Source: a virus
DNA length: 31,135 nucleotides
IMG/VR virus record: IMGVR_UViG_3300025809_000005
Coordinates: 1-31,135 of that record
Reading direction: 5' to 3' (one strand)
Shown here: positions 8,730-17,951 of the stretch, one piece after another
Layout of the letters: the number at the start of each line of letters is the position of its first letter
Numbering within the stretch: position 1 is the stretch's first letter
Program-made: the position numbers and the translations under genes
The notes under the pieces: generated by a model
The model's input: the letters and a program-made list of their open reading frames with translations, nothing else
Database searches by the model: none
What the model was told of the DNA's origin: nothing

Positions 8730-9330
8730 TAAATAATGATTTTAGCTTTTCAATAGTTTTAGTAGCCTCTTGCTCCTCTTTTGACATCCCTACTGATTCG
8801 TTAGGTCGCTCCATTTTATCTGCAAAGTACCCTTCGATCGAAAATCCTTTTACTTTACCGGTCTTAACGTAATCATTCCAAACTTCATCGTTATTTACTT
8901 TAACAGCTCCCATCCACGTTCCAATCGGTACATTCATTCCGTATTTACGTGATTTATCGTGTACTTCATCTTCTACTATCCACGATTCTACTAAAGACAA
9001 TCCTTTTAATTCGTATTGATGCTCCATCGTCGAATTATTTTGATTGCCTGCCATTAAATACATTTGAGAGGCTTTTAAGACAGTATCTTTTGAAAAATAT
9101 ATATAGTATTCATCTTCAGCGTTTCGTCTATATATCGGCTTGTTAGGTACTAATAAAGCACCCATTAATAATCTTTTTTCTTTTGATATTTCCGCTAGCT
9201 TGATTTCTTCAGCACTTAATGCAACAAAATCTTCTTCAATAGCTGGGTTCTCAACAACAGATATAGCCTCTATTCCGGTCATATCTTGTTCTTCATCGAT
9301 TACTAATTCTATTATCTTAAAATTACTCAT
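8722..9330 (-). CDS. XkdF-like putative prohead serine protease (S78_2-like)
   Basis: 202 aa. The pattern GIEAISVVENPAIEEDFVAL ... LLVPNKPIYR ... VESWIV ... GTWMGAVKV ... GFSIEGYF resembles PBSX XkdF-family proteins. Head-module position. Confidence 0.5.
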   Translation of the reverse strand: MSNFKIIELVIDEEQDMTGIEAISVVENPAIEEDFVALSAEEIKLAEISKEKRLLMGALLVPNKPIYRRNAEDEYYIYFSKDTVLKASQMYLMAGNQNNSTMEHQYELKGLSLVESWIVEDEVHDKSRKYGMNVPIGTWMGAVKVNNDEVWNDYVKTGKVKGFSIEGYFADKMERPNESVGMSKEEQEATKTIEKLKSLFND

Positions 9331-9366
9331 ATCTATATAACGAATTAAATTTTAAATTTTGTATTT
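9331..9366 (-). promoter_or_regulatory. Late-class promoter C
   Basis: Minus strand: AAATACAAAATTTAAAATTTAATTCGTTATATAGAT then ATG (9330). It begins at the stop codon of the upstream gene. Confidence 0.55.
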
Positions 9367-11192
9367 TATATGGATGCACTTGATACAATATTCCTTTCAA
9401 GACTTTGAGCAGTTGTAACATCGGATGCTACTACATAGGCTTTCATTGGTTGTTTAGTTTGTCCCGCTATAGTTTCAGCTAATTGATTTGATCCTGACGT
9501 TCCTACTACATTAAAACTTGGAGCTTGTGGGGCGGGTACTGATACGCCTCCGCCACCTCTAGATCCTTTAGCAAAACTAGGTGCTTTAGGTTCAGGTGTT
9601 GCTGTTATTTTTTTAACATTTGCTATACCTCCTGCTATAACTGCTGCGGCACTAATAAAGTTAAATGGTGGGGGTGCTGATGCTAGAGCAACGTTCGCAC
9701 CGGCATAGGTATCTCTAATCGCTTGTACTAATGCTATACCTTTTCCAAACTTAGAGTTTTCCCCTACTATGCTTGCTAAGTTTCCTAATGCGTCTGTCAC
9801 TAATTGTTGTTTAGCTTTCTGTACGTCTTTTTCTAAAGTAATTTTCTTTTGATCACTTTCCTGCTGAAATGCTAACAATTCATTCTCTGCATCTATAAAC
9901 GCCTGAGTACCTTGCTGATATTGAGACATTTTATTCAACAAACGTTCTTCTTCAATCTTAGCTTCTTCTTCTGCTACTAATTTTAACGCTTGTAATCTTA
10001 GGTAATCTCCTTCTATTTGCTCTGCTACAAATTGCTGCGATAATATATTCCTTTCAGCATCTGCATCTGTAATCGATTGTGTAAGATCTAACTGCTCTTT
10101 TTGTAGTGCAATAGAGTTTGATATTTGTTCTGACTGAAAGCCTGTTATTTGAGCTTCTATTGCTTTCTTTTCGTTTAATGCTTCCTGTAGGGCAACTTGG
10201 TTTTCAATACTATTGTTTTTCTGTAAGTCAAGCTGTGCTAATTGGATAGCTATATCGGCATTGGCTAACATCTCAGTCTTTTGTTTTTCTAAAACATCTG
10301 CTAGATCATTATTAGCTTTGATCCTTTCAGCTAAGTTTTTAGTGTCGTCGTCTCTTATTTGTCTTAACTGTTCTGCCTGTCGATCGTATTCTTCAATCAA
10401 TCCCTGATTGGCTACTTTTGCTAATTCAGCGTCCTTACGTAATTGTACAAGTGTTTTAGAATTTTCTAACGCTGCTGTTACGCTTACTTTACTAAGATTT
10501 TCTGCGGCTATCGTTCCAATGTTAGATATTTCTCCGACTGCTTCACTAAAATTATCGTATATAGCTTTACCGGATTCTACTACTCCATCTGCTACACTAT
10601 ATATATCATTTTTAGTTTCAATTATATCGGCTCTCAGTTGTTTAATTTTCTCCTGATCCTTCCCACCGAAAAAAGAATCTTCCCAAGCTAATTGTGCTTG
10701 CTGTAGTCCTAATTTAATTCCAAAGAAGGCAAACTTAATTGGTGCTAGTCCAATATTAAGTACATTCTTCAATACAGTAAGTAATGCGTCAAAGTTTTCT
10801 GTAGATGCGGCTACTGCTTTGTAGGTGTCTACTAACGCTGTCGATACTTGGTTTAATATCTGAGATAAAAACTCAAATGCTATAGACATTGCATCCGCTA
10901 CAGGTTGGTTAGTCTTTAACACATCGAATAATGCACTTGCAGCTTTTACAATTAATCCGAATCCTGCTGCTTTTAGCGCAAGTCCTACTCCCTTAATTCC
11001 CTTACCTATAGATTTTATAGATTTGAATATTCCTTTGCTCTGTTTCTCTACATTATCTAAGCTCTCAGATGTTTGCTCTGACGTTTTAGTAACTTCTTTA
11101 TTAAGAGACTTAATAGCATCTACGACATCCTGTAAATTAGCTTCAGACTTTCCGGTCTTTACTTCTAACTCTATTGTCTTTTGCTGTGCCAT
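9366..11192 (-). CDS. Tape-measure-like / internal virion protein
   Basis: 608 aa. Long coiled coils, hydrophobic glycine-zipper-like segments (GVGLALKAAGFGLIVKAASALF; APPPFNFISAAAVIAGGIANV) and a Gly-rich tract (SRGGGGVSVPAP). Confidence 0.5.
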   Translation of the reverse strand: MAQQKTIELEVKTGKSEANLQDVVDAIKSLNKEVTKTSEQTSESLDNVEKQSKGIFKSIKSIGKGIKGVGLALKAAGFGLIVKAASALFDVLKTNQPVADAMSIAFEFLSQILNQVSTALVDTYKAVAASTENFDALLTVLKNVLNIGLAPIKFAFFGIKLGLQQAQLAWEDSFFGGKDQEKIKQLRADIIETKNDIYSVADGVVESGKAIYDNFSEAVGEISNIGTIAAENLSKVSVTAALENSKTLVQLRKDAELAKVANQGLIEEYDRQAEQLRQIRDDDTKNLAERIKANNDLADVLEKQKTEMLANADIAIQLAQLDLQKNNSIENQVALQEALNEKKAIEAQITGFQSEQISNSIALQKEQLDLTQSITDADAERNILSQQFVAEQIEGDYLRLQALKLVAEEEAKIEEERLLNKMSQYQQGTQAFIDAENELLAFQQESDQKKITLEKDVQKAKQQLVTDALGNLASIVGENSKFGKGIALVQAIRDTYAGANVALASAPPPFNFISAAAVIAGGIANVKKITATPEPKAPSFAKGSRGGGGVSVPAPQAPSFNVVGTSGSNQLAETIAGQTKQPMKAYVVASDVTTAQSLERNIVSSASI

Positions 11193-11323
11193 TTGATTTC
11201 TGTTTTAATTTTATTATATGTTTCTTTAAAGCTACTAGGTAGGTAATATTTGCCTTGTGCTATTCTTATATTTTCTGTTTCTCCTTTAACGACTGTTAGT
11301 ATATCGAATATGCTCTTTAACAT
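11168..11323 (-). CDS. Small ORF (51 aa), not in the ORF track
   Basis: Hand translation: MLKSIFDILTVVKGETENIRIAQGKYYLPSSFKETYNKIKTEIKWHSKRQ. TAATG overlap with the upstream gene and a 25-nt overlap with the next gene. It fills a 130-nt gap. Confidence 0.35.
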
Positions 11324-13389
11324 TAAAATAATTTATTGATTAATTCTAACTTGGTGTCTCCGGTTATAAGATTGACGTTTATATTGTTTATTATGTAATC
11401 CTGATCGAATACAGTAAACGTGTCATTTAGATTGTATTTTAATAATATCTTACTAGGTAATTTAGCTGTGTATTTATAGATCCTTGCTCTACGATCGAAT
11501 ACTTGCTCTATATACGTCTTATAAAAATTATTAAATAACGAATTGTTGTTTACAATAGCACTACTTCCTGATCTGTTATACTCGTCTATCTCAGCTCCAA
11601 AGTTTAACGATTGTGATTGATCTGCATTTATATTAGAAGGTCTGTTAAATGTAGTAATTTGACTATGAGTCCCACTTTTCCAACTGATTGGTGTCGCTGT
11701 AGTATCTTCACTTACATTAAAAAATAATAGAGGCTTCTCTACAATCGAGCTTACTTTATCAATATCTTCTATGCTAGAACCTTTGTAATCAACAAACCAT
11801 CCCCATCCAATATCTGTTAGCGAATCATTTGCTACATTAGTAATTCGTTCGTAAACTACTTTTTCAAAATCCACTTTTACTGTGTAATCTCCACCGTCAA
11901 ATTTTTCTCCACCGTCATACGTTAAGTTTCCGTACCCGGTACCTCCATTTATTTCGTTTGTCTTTTGAGCAAAGAAGGTTTTAGGTTCAGGAAAATCTAA
12001 ACTTATTTTTCTATACGGTATTGCTCGATCAATATCGTTGTTATTACGGTCTACGTATTTAGTTATATCGTATGTTATTCCGTCTGCATAAAATTCGTCT
12101 AACTTCTCTACGTATATTTTTCCATCCGGTAGTACGTATGCTGTTAGATTAAACAACTTGAATAAATTGGACATAAAGTCCATCACTTTCATATTAGGAA
12201 TATTGTCTGTAATAATTACTTGACTAACTATTGATTGATCTTCAGATCTATATACTCCTGCTTGGCTTAGAAATCCACTTTGATATGGATCATTATTCAC
12301 TATAAATTCTTCTACGCTCCATTGTGCATCGTAATCCGTAATACCCCCGCTTGTTTCTATTGTAACGTGAATATCATAAATTCCATTGCCGTCAAAATTA
12401 TACTGTTTGCTAAATGATCCGGTTTGACCTGAAACTGTATCTAATAAGTAACTTCTGTTATAAACTTTGACTGTATATTCTCCGCTTCCAATAGGTACTA
12501 TGCTTAATGTAGCTTGATAGTCTTTTGACTCATATCCAAAATCATAGGTTTGAAGTATCATTCTACTATTATTGTCTATAAATTCTACAAAATCATTTCC
12601 ACTATCAAATAAAAATCCTTCTACATTAGATACTTGAGTAGTCCCTGCTGCTGCTGTTATTTGTCCTTTGCTTCTATGCAACCACATAAATAATTCATTA
12701 AACATAGCACTATCAAAGAAATCACTTTGAAAGGTTAGTCCGTACTCAGTTCCAATAGCATCGATAATAGATTTTACTTTGAGTGCTGGTTTAAGATCTC
12801 TATAATCTAGTCCCCTGTCGCTTTTAGCTGCGTCGTAATAAAGGTTTCCATCTTCTGTAGTGGTTCCTGTACTATCGTAATATAATCGCTTTGTATGCGA
12901 GATTAATGGATATACAATATTTCCACTTTCTAAGCTAGATTGGAATCCTACTTTTACTTGAGCAGCGTCGTATAAGTGATCATATTCACTTAAAGTACTT
13001 ACATCTGATAGTTTATCTTCTCCAAACAATTCAGGTAACGTCACTGTGCTACCAAAAAAAGTAATTTTATATACTTCCGGTAAATTGTCTTTCATTTTTA
13101 CTCCATCTACTCGGATCTTACCATTCTTAAATGTAGCGTGGTTTATTTCGATCAATCCGTCTAGTTTTTTTCTAGCGTCTATTGAATTACCTTCAGCTAT
13201 AGTCGTATTGTAGTAATGCTTTAATACTTTGTTGTTATTTTTAGAAGCGGGTATCGTAAAGGATTGACTAAAGTCTGTAAATATTTTACCTATATCCCTA
13301 GAATTTTGAATAGACGAGGTAACATTGATCGTTTCGTCTGAGAACAGATCCATCCTTTCGCCTTGTATATACAACTGAATTATATTCAT
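11323..13389 (-). CDS. Large tail/baseplate structural protein
   Basis: 688 aa. Start overlaps the stop of the upstream structural ORF. Beta-rich. No catalytic motif recognised. Confidence 0.45.
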   Translation of the reverse strand: MNIIQLYIQGERMDLFSDETINVTSSIQNSRDIGKIFTDFSQSFTIPASKNNNKVLKHYYNTTIAEGNSIDARKKLDGLIEINHATFKNGKIRVDGVKMKDNLPEVYKITFFGSTVTLPELFGEDKLSDVSTLSEYDHLYDAAQVKVGFQSSLESGNIVYPLISHTKRLYYDSTGTTTEDGNLYYDAAKSDRGLDYRDLKPALKVKSIIDAIGTEYGLTFQSDFFDSAMFNELFMWLHRSKGQITAAAGTTQVSNVEGFLFDSGNDFVEFIDNNSRMILQTYDFGYESKDYQATLSIVPIGSGEYTVKVYNRSYLLDTVSGQTGSFSKQYNFDGNGIYDIHVTIETSGGITDYDAQWSVEEFIVNNDPYQSGFLSQAGVYRSEDQSIVSQVIITDNIPNMKVMDFMSNLFKLFNLTAYVLPDGKIYVEKLDEFYADGITYDITKYVDRNNNDIDRAIPYRKISLDFPEPKTFFAQKTNEINGGTGYGNLTYDGGEKFDGGDYTVKVDFEKVVYERITNVANDSLTDIGWGWFVDYKGSSIEDIDKVSSIVEKPLLFFNVSEDTTATPISWKSGTHSQITTFNRPSNINADQSQSLNFGAEIDEYNRSGSSAIVNNNSLFNNFYKTYIEQVFDRRARIYKYTAKLPSKILLKYNLNDTFTVFDQDYIINNINVNLITGDTKLELINKLF

Positions 13390-14474
13390 TACCTAATTAA
13401 GTTTACTTCGTTAAATGCGTAATCAAAATCTACTGTGAAATTAATTAACTTGTCGTTTAGGCTAGTTTTATATTCCAACGTCGATGTTTTAGGCACTATA
13501 GGTGTTACTTCTCCGCCTTCGTGAATCCACGCGTGTTCCGTTAATAATAACTGCTGTATTACTTCGTTAAATTGCTCGTCTACGAATCCGGTGTTTAGTG
13601 TTAATGACTTTTGAGTTTTAAAGTTATATGGGATCTTAGTAGCTTCATTAAGCGAATAGTTTACTACGCTAGTTGTTTGTAACGTATTCTCTTTGTATTC
13701 TTCTTTACTGATCGAAACATTGTCAGTACGTTTTTTGAAGAAATAAAGGTCTTGTACTACTCCGAATTTATTTACAAATGCTACTTTGTAAGGCGTGTAC
13801 TTAGGTTCGCATATACAATATACATCCAATTCAATTACTTTTCCTGTACCGGTTGTTAGTATTACTTTGTTATAAGGAGACGATGGAGATATTGGAGAAA
13901 CTACTACATTACTGCTAGTGTTTTTTAAGAAAGTCATATCTGCTTTTAATACTGTAGTGTCAGCTTTATAGTCTACAGTATCTACAGTTATTGGTGTAAC
14001 ATTATTACCGAAAGTAGATTCAGATACTAATGTTGCTCCATTGTAATATTGAACTTTGAATACACCGCTGTCTCCGGTCAATATAGGTATGTTTAATTGC
14101 TCATCGCAGTTATGATATATCTTAGTATTACTTTGCAATAGATCTTTGCTTAATTCAGGGTTAATTGCATCTTGAAAATATCCATAACCTGTGAAAGCTA
14201 TTCCTTCCCCAACAAGATCATTGTCTGTACTATCGTCATCGTATGTTCTTACTACTTCCCATCGTACCCAAGCATTTTGCTGTATATTATAATAATCGCC
14301 TGTATAAATTATTTCTACATAATCTTTTACTAGCTCTCCAATCTCAAATACTATAATATCTTGACTTGCTACTTTTTCTTTGTACAAAGTATAAGTTGGG
14401 TTTGTCGGTTCGTTGGTTCCGTATTCCCCTGTATATACCCAAAGTCTTAAAGTTGCACTTACTAAATTTGCCAT
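13389..14474 (-). CDS. Tail structural protein
   Basis: 361 aa in the tail block, coupled by overlap to the 688-aa gene. Confidence 0.4.
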   Translation of the reverse strand: MANLVSATLRLWVYTGEYGTNEPTNPTYTLYKEKVASQDIIVFEIGELVKDYVEIIYTGDYYNIQQNAWVRWEVVRTYDDDSTDNDLVGEGIAFTGYGYFQDAINPELSKDLLQSNTKIYHNCDEQLNIPILTGDSGVFKVQYYNGATLVSESTFGNNVTPITVDTVDYKADTTVLKADMTFLKNTSSNVVVSPISPSSPYNKVILTTGTGKVIELDVYCICEPKYTPYKVAFVNKFGVVQDLYFFKKRTDNVSISKEEYKENTLQTTSVVNYSLNEATKIPYNFKTQKSLTLNTGFVDEQFNEVIQQLLLTEHAWIHEGGEVTPIVPKTSTLEYKTSLNDKLINFTVDFDYAFNEVNLIR

Positions 14475-14484
14475 ATTCTATTTT

Positions 14485-15564
14485 TTAAGGACAAGTTAAA
14501 CTAAATCCTAAGTCGTTAATTGCTTGTATTATTAAATCTCTATAGTAGTCAGGTTCACTAGAGTATGATACTCCTGCTCTAACATCGTACACAAATTTAT
14601 ACTGTCCTGTTAAATCTGCTAAATAAGTTGAGCCTCCATATACTCCTGTTCCACTTTCTATAGTTTCTAGCATCTGTTTAAAAGCAGGGAATCCTACTAC
14701 ATCAAATACAACAGGTGTTACATAGTCAGAAGCATTTGTAGTTAATACATTTCTTAAATTAACTAAGTCGGTGCTTAATGCTATGTTTATACTGCCCGGA
14801 TTAAAAGAGCTTGTATTTGAGAAATATATAGATTGTGCCTCATCTTGAAAAATAAAGTTTATACAGTTAGTCGCACCTACTACATCAGGTTCAGATGCTG
14901 CTACTACAAAAGTCCTTTCATCAGACCAAGACCTTACTTTAACGTATTTGTCATATTCTGCTCCATCGTCATTGTAAAATTGTACTAAGCAAGATTTTAA
15001 ATTATTTGCTACCATTGATTGTAAAGGTGCCAATGTGGTATTCATAGATCCTGAACTATCAAACCAAATATTTATTTGTGTAGTTTGGTTAATTACAATA
15101 GGTGGTGCTGCGGGACAAGTAAAGTCTACTGTGTACTCGTCATTTATTAATGGAGCATCTACTACTAATTCTACTAATTCCGGTTGTGCTGTAGTCTTTT
15201 GAATCTCAACAAAATTACTTGCTTTTGTACTAGGATCTCCTGTAGCTATTTCTCCTATTGGTACTCCTGCATCTAATAAATCCTGATCGTACAAATCTAA
15301 CCCTATATAGTCAGTAGTGCTTTCGTTTCCATCCCACTTTAAAGTAAACTTAGCCGGTACTTCGCTACCGCTTATATCTACTCTAAAAGTTCCAACTTCA
15401 GGTGTTTCTACTTGATACGTTACAACTCCTACATCTGTAGCTACATTGTGAGTATCTCCACAAGCTAATGGAATAGTCTGAGGGGCAATAGGTGGTACAG
15501 GTGGTGTTGGGGTTCCTGCTTCTACTTCTAAATAGTAGGGACTTCTTACGTTTATCTTTTTCAT
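14485..15564 (-). CDS. Virion-module protein with C-terminal vWA-like domain (MIDAS DxSxS)
   Basis: 359 aa. Pro-rich linker (PTPPVPPIAPQ). From about residue 160: INIWFDSSGSMNTTL (DxSxS), later ERTF and NFIFQDEAQ, at the spacing expected for the vWA Thr and Asp. Confidence 0.45.
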   Translation of the reverse strand: MKKINVRSPYYLEVEAGTPTPPVPPIAPQTIPLACGDTHNVATDVGVVTYQVETPEVGTFRVDISGSEVPAKFTLKWDGNESTTDYIGLDLYDQDLLDAGVPIGEIATGDPSTKASNFVEIQKTTAQPELVELVVDAPLINDEYTVDFTCPAAPPIVINQTTQINIWFDSSGSMNTTLAPLQSMVANNLKSCLVQFYNDDGAEYDKYVKVRSWSDERTFVVAASEPDVVGATNCINFIFQDEAQSIYFSNTSSFNPGSINIALSTDLVNLRNVLTTNASDYVTPVVFDVVGFPAFKQMLETIESGTGVYGGSTYLADLTGQYKFVYDVRAGVSYSSEPDYYRDLIIQAINDLGFSLTCP

Positions 15565-16094
15565 TATGTAGTAAATTCAAACAGATCGTCAATATCTAAG
15601 CCAAACTGTTGTATTAATTCATCCGGTAAATTGTCAAACGCTTTTTCAAATGGTTTTGTAAAAAAGAATGACGGTTTAATTCCTTTGTTGTATATGCTAT
15701 TTTGTAATATGAATCCTATTGTTCTATAATTGCCTTTTTTATATTTTCCTTTTTCGTCTCTTAATCTTATATTTCGTTTCTTTGCCCACTCCATTAAAGG
15801 CTTCATCGGTGGTTTCTTATTTGAGTATTTAAACGGAGAATTACGAGCTTCTATGTAACTACTTGTCTTACCTTGTACTCCCTGATCAACAAACTGTCCG
15901 TAATCCATCATATAAAATTCTAGTCCGAAACTGTTAGGGTTTACCTTCAATTCATATCCTAGACTTCCATAGAGATCACTTGAGACGTTTTTTTTCTTTT
16001 TAGTTAAGTTTGTCTTAGCTTGTTGTATTACGTACTTAGCAAACTTGTTTAATGCCTCCTTTGTATTTTTAAGATCAGCAGACATTAATATCAT
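15564..16094 (-). CDS. HK97-gp10-like neck / tail-completion protein
   Basis: 176 aa. The overall pattern (AKYVIQQAKTNL ... GSLGYEL ... DYGQFVDQGVQG) resembles gp10-family head-tail joining proteins. Tentative. Confidence 0.35.
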   Translation of the reverse strand: MILMSADLKNTKEALNKFAKYVIQQAKTNLTKKKKNVSSDLYGSLGYELKVNPNSFGLEFYMMDYGQFVDQGVQGKTSSYIEARNSPFKYSNKKPPMKPLMEWAKKRNIRLRDEKGKYKKGNYRTIGFILQNSIYNKGIKPSFFFTKPFEKAFDNLPDELIQQFGLDIDDLFEFTT

Positions 16095-16545
16095 TTTGAA
16101 TTATTACATCAAATGTTGCTGTCCACCCAGCCACTTGACTTTCGAATCGATCCATAAACGGTTCCAATGTTACTGCTCCTTCTACTTGATACAAGTCTCT
16201 AAATAACTGCCCGATCCTTAATTTTTGTACTAGCTTGTTTAATACTGCTAACTGAGTATTTAAAACATCCTGCTCATTATCATTTCCAACAAATATATCT
16301 GCTGTAGGTTCTTTTGATTGATCAACAATATCCATCGCTAGTATGCTAATGTTAAACGATAGTGTATTTTCTGAAGATGTTACGTTGTTTACAATCATAT
16401 GAGACAAAGGGAATATCGTCTGCTTATTTAGATCTACTTCTGTTATGTCTCCGGTTGTTACTGTATTTACATTGACGTCGTCTAATAACGTTTCCTTTAT
16501 TTTGTCAGTCAATACATAAAACCCTCTTATTCCTGTTTTGCTCAT
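16075..16545 (-). CDS. Neck / tail terminator candidate
   Basis: 156 aa, adjacent and overlapping the gp10-like gene. No diagnostic motif. Confidence 0.3.
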   Translation of the reverse strand: MSKTGIRGFYVLTDKIKETLLDDVNVNTVTTGDITEVDLNKQTIFPLSHMIVNNVTSSENTLSFNISILAMDIVDQSKEPTADIFVGNDNEQDVLNTQLAVLNKLVQKLRIGQLFRDLYQVEGAVTLEPFMDRFESQVAGWTATFDVIIQNDINVC

Positions 16546-16627
16546 TGCATTTTATTTTTTATTCGTCTGCTCTCCAATTCGTTTTTCTCTTTTTCAAAGG
16601 ATAACATTAAAAAGCACTTATGTACGC

Positions 16628-17278
16628 TTAGTTTAGTGATATCTTCAAATCGTCTAATATCTCCTTGAGCGAGTGCGTAAATTGATTGATACCAACCCCA
16701 TTTTGCTCCGAACTGAGATACTGCACTAAATTGCTCTCCTGCTCCTCCTTCAAATAATTCATCATAGCTTGAGACAAGTCGATCCCTAAATGATAAAAAA
16801 AAATAATAGAACTTATAACTGCATCTAAAGGCATCTCCCGCATTATCTCTGCATCGTCAGGAGTATAGTCCACTATAGAGTATTTGTCTCCGTATTCAGC
16901 CTCTATTGGTCTGTAGAGTACTGCCATAGCTCTGTGCATATTCTCCCAATCTCCTAAGAAGGCATCCAAGTCTACATACTCTCCTAACGATATATCGTCT
17001 AGCTTAGGTATAAATCCGTACTGCTTTCCGTTTAATCGAAACTTTCTTACTAGGTTTGGTTTCTGCTCTAATAGATCTACAATGATACTACAGATCGAAT
17101 CAACGTCTGCAAATTTCATTTTTAACGTGTCAGTCATTTTTATTCCACAGAATATTTCTAACATTTTAGACGCTAAGAACATATCGTCGGTATTGTTTTC
17201 CTGTATCTTTAAATACTTTTGATACTGCCCTAATGTTAGCTCAGATAAATTATCCGGTATAATAACTTCAACTTTCAT
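16628..17278 (-). CDS. Acidic hypothetical protein, first gene of the long late tail operon
   Basis: 216 aa. The late promoter abuts its ATG. Acidic and helical (chaperone-like composition). Confidence 0.5.
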   Translation of the reverse strand: MKVEVIIPDNLSELTLGQYQKYLKIQENNTDDMFLASKMLEIFCGIKMTDTLKMKFADVDSICSIIVDLLEQKPNLVRKFRLNGKQYGFIPKLDDISLGEYVDLDAFLGDWENMHRAMAVLYRPIEAEYGDKYSIVDYTPDDAEIMREMPLDAVISSIIFFYHLGIDLSQAMMNYLKEEQESNLVQYLSSEQNGVGINQFTHSLKEILDDLKISLN

Positions 17279-17314
17279 ATATATATAACGAATTTAATTA
17301 ACGATTTTAGAAAT
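17279..17314 (-). promoter_or_regulatory. Late-class promoter D
   Basis: Minus strand: ATTTCTAAAATCGTTAATTAAATTCGTTATATATAT then ATG (17278). Sits directly downstream of a terminator. Confidence 0.5.
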
Positions 17315-17322
17315 AAAGGTAC

Positions 17323-17349
17323 AAAAAAAAAGCACCCATTTCTGAGTGC
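17323..17349 (-). terminator. Intrinsic terminator closing the small-gene island
   Basis: Minus strand: GCACTC-AGAAAT-GGGTGC hairpin followed by T9. Confidence 0.7.
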
Positions 17350-17376
17350 CTCTTTGCTATAAACATAAACTAACTA

Positions 17377-17490
17377 TTAATTTAACATTCCTGTTATTGC
17401 ATTAAAGAATATTAAAGCTATTCCGAATATACAATAAAAACTAATTAAATAGTATATATTACTCGGATCTTTTTTAAGCCATTCTTTCAT
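17377..17490 (-). CDS. Very small membrane peptide ORF (37 aa), not in the track
   Basis: Hand translation: MKEWLKKDPSNIYYLISFYCIFGIALIFFNAITGMLN, with one TM helix. Starts inside the end of the upstream ORF and ends just before the terminator. Confidence 0.3.
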   Translation of the reverse strand: MKEWLKKDPSNIYYLISFYCIFGIALIFFNAITGMLN

Positions 17491-17695
17491 AATCGTAAAT
17501 TTTAGTTTCTATTTCGTTTATTACATATTGTGCTAATACGTCTGTTAAATCGACATCGCTATTCCCTTGTGTAATTTTTTCTATATATACTCTGTCTCCT
17601 TCAGGTGCTTCAAAGTAATCTCCTTCGAATCCTGCGTCGTACGTGTATTGAATATCGAATGCTACTTCTAATACTTCTGCTTCAAAATATTTCAT
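17474..17695 (-). CDS. Small strongly acidic protein
   Basis: 73 aa with 18 D/E versus 5 K/R. Part of the island between TerL and the tail operon. Confidence 0.5.
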   Translation of the reverse strand: MKYFEAEVLEVAFDIQYTYDAGFEGDYFEAPEGDRVYIEKITQGNSDVDLTDVLAQYVINEIETKIYDYERMA

Positions 17696-17696
17696 A

Positions 17697-17951
17697 CTAC
17701 AGTTTTAAGAATTTTTTAGCGTAAGCCTGTTTCATTTTCTTAATGTCATCTTCATCGATCCAACTGTAAAAGTGTCCGAAATCAAATTCTAGGTACATTG
17801 TCATTTGCTCTCCGGTTTCTTCATTATATCCTTCTACGCCCATCATAAAAATTCCCTGATCACCCGGTAACGTCATAGTATTAATTTCTGTAATCGATAC
17901 TAACATTTGTTTTGTGTCTTGCATTGTCTTAGTTTTAAAATGAGAAATCAA
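17697..17951 (-). CDS. Small hypothetical protein
   Basis: 84 aa, tightly packed with its neighbours. Confidence 0.5.
   Translation of the reverse strand: MISHFKTKTMQDTKQMLVSITEINTMTLPGDQGIFMMGVEGYNEETGEQMTMYLEFDFGHFYSWIDEDDIKKMKQAYAKKFLKL

Noticed and set aside
15398-15592. 64-aa minus-strand ORF overlapping the start of the vWA-domain gene in another frame
   Set aside because: It is embedded within or overlaps two well-supported structural ORFs. Its Arg/Ser/Cys-rich composition is atypical for this genome. It is most likely an out-of-frame artefact.
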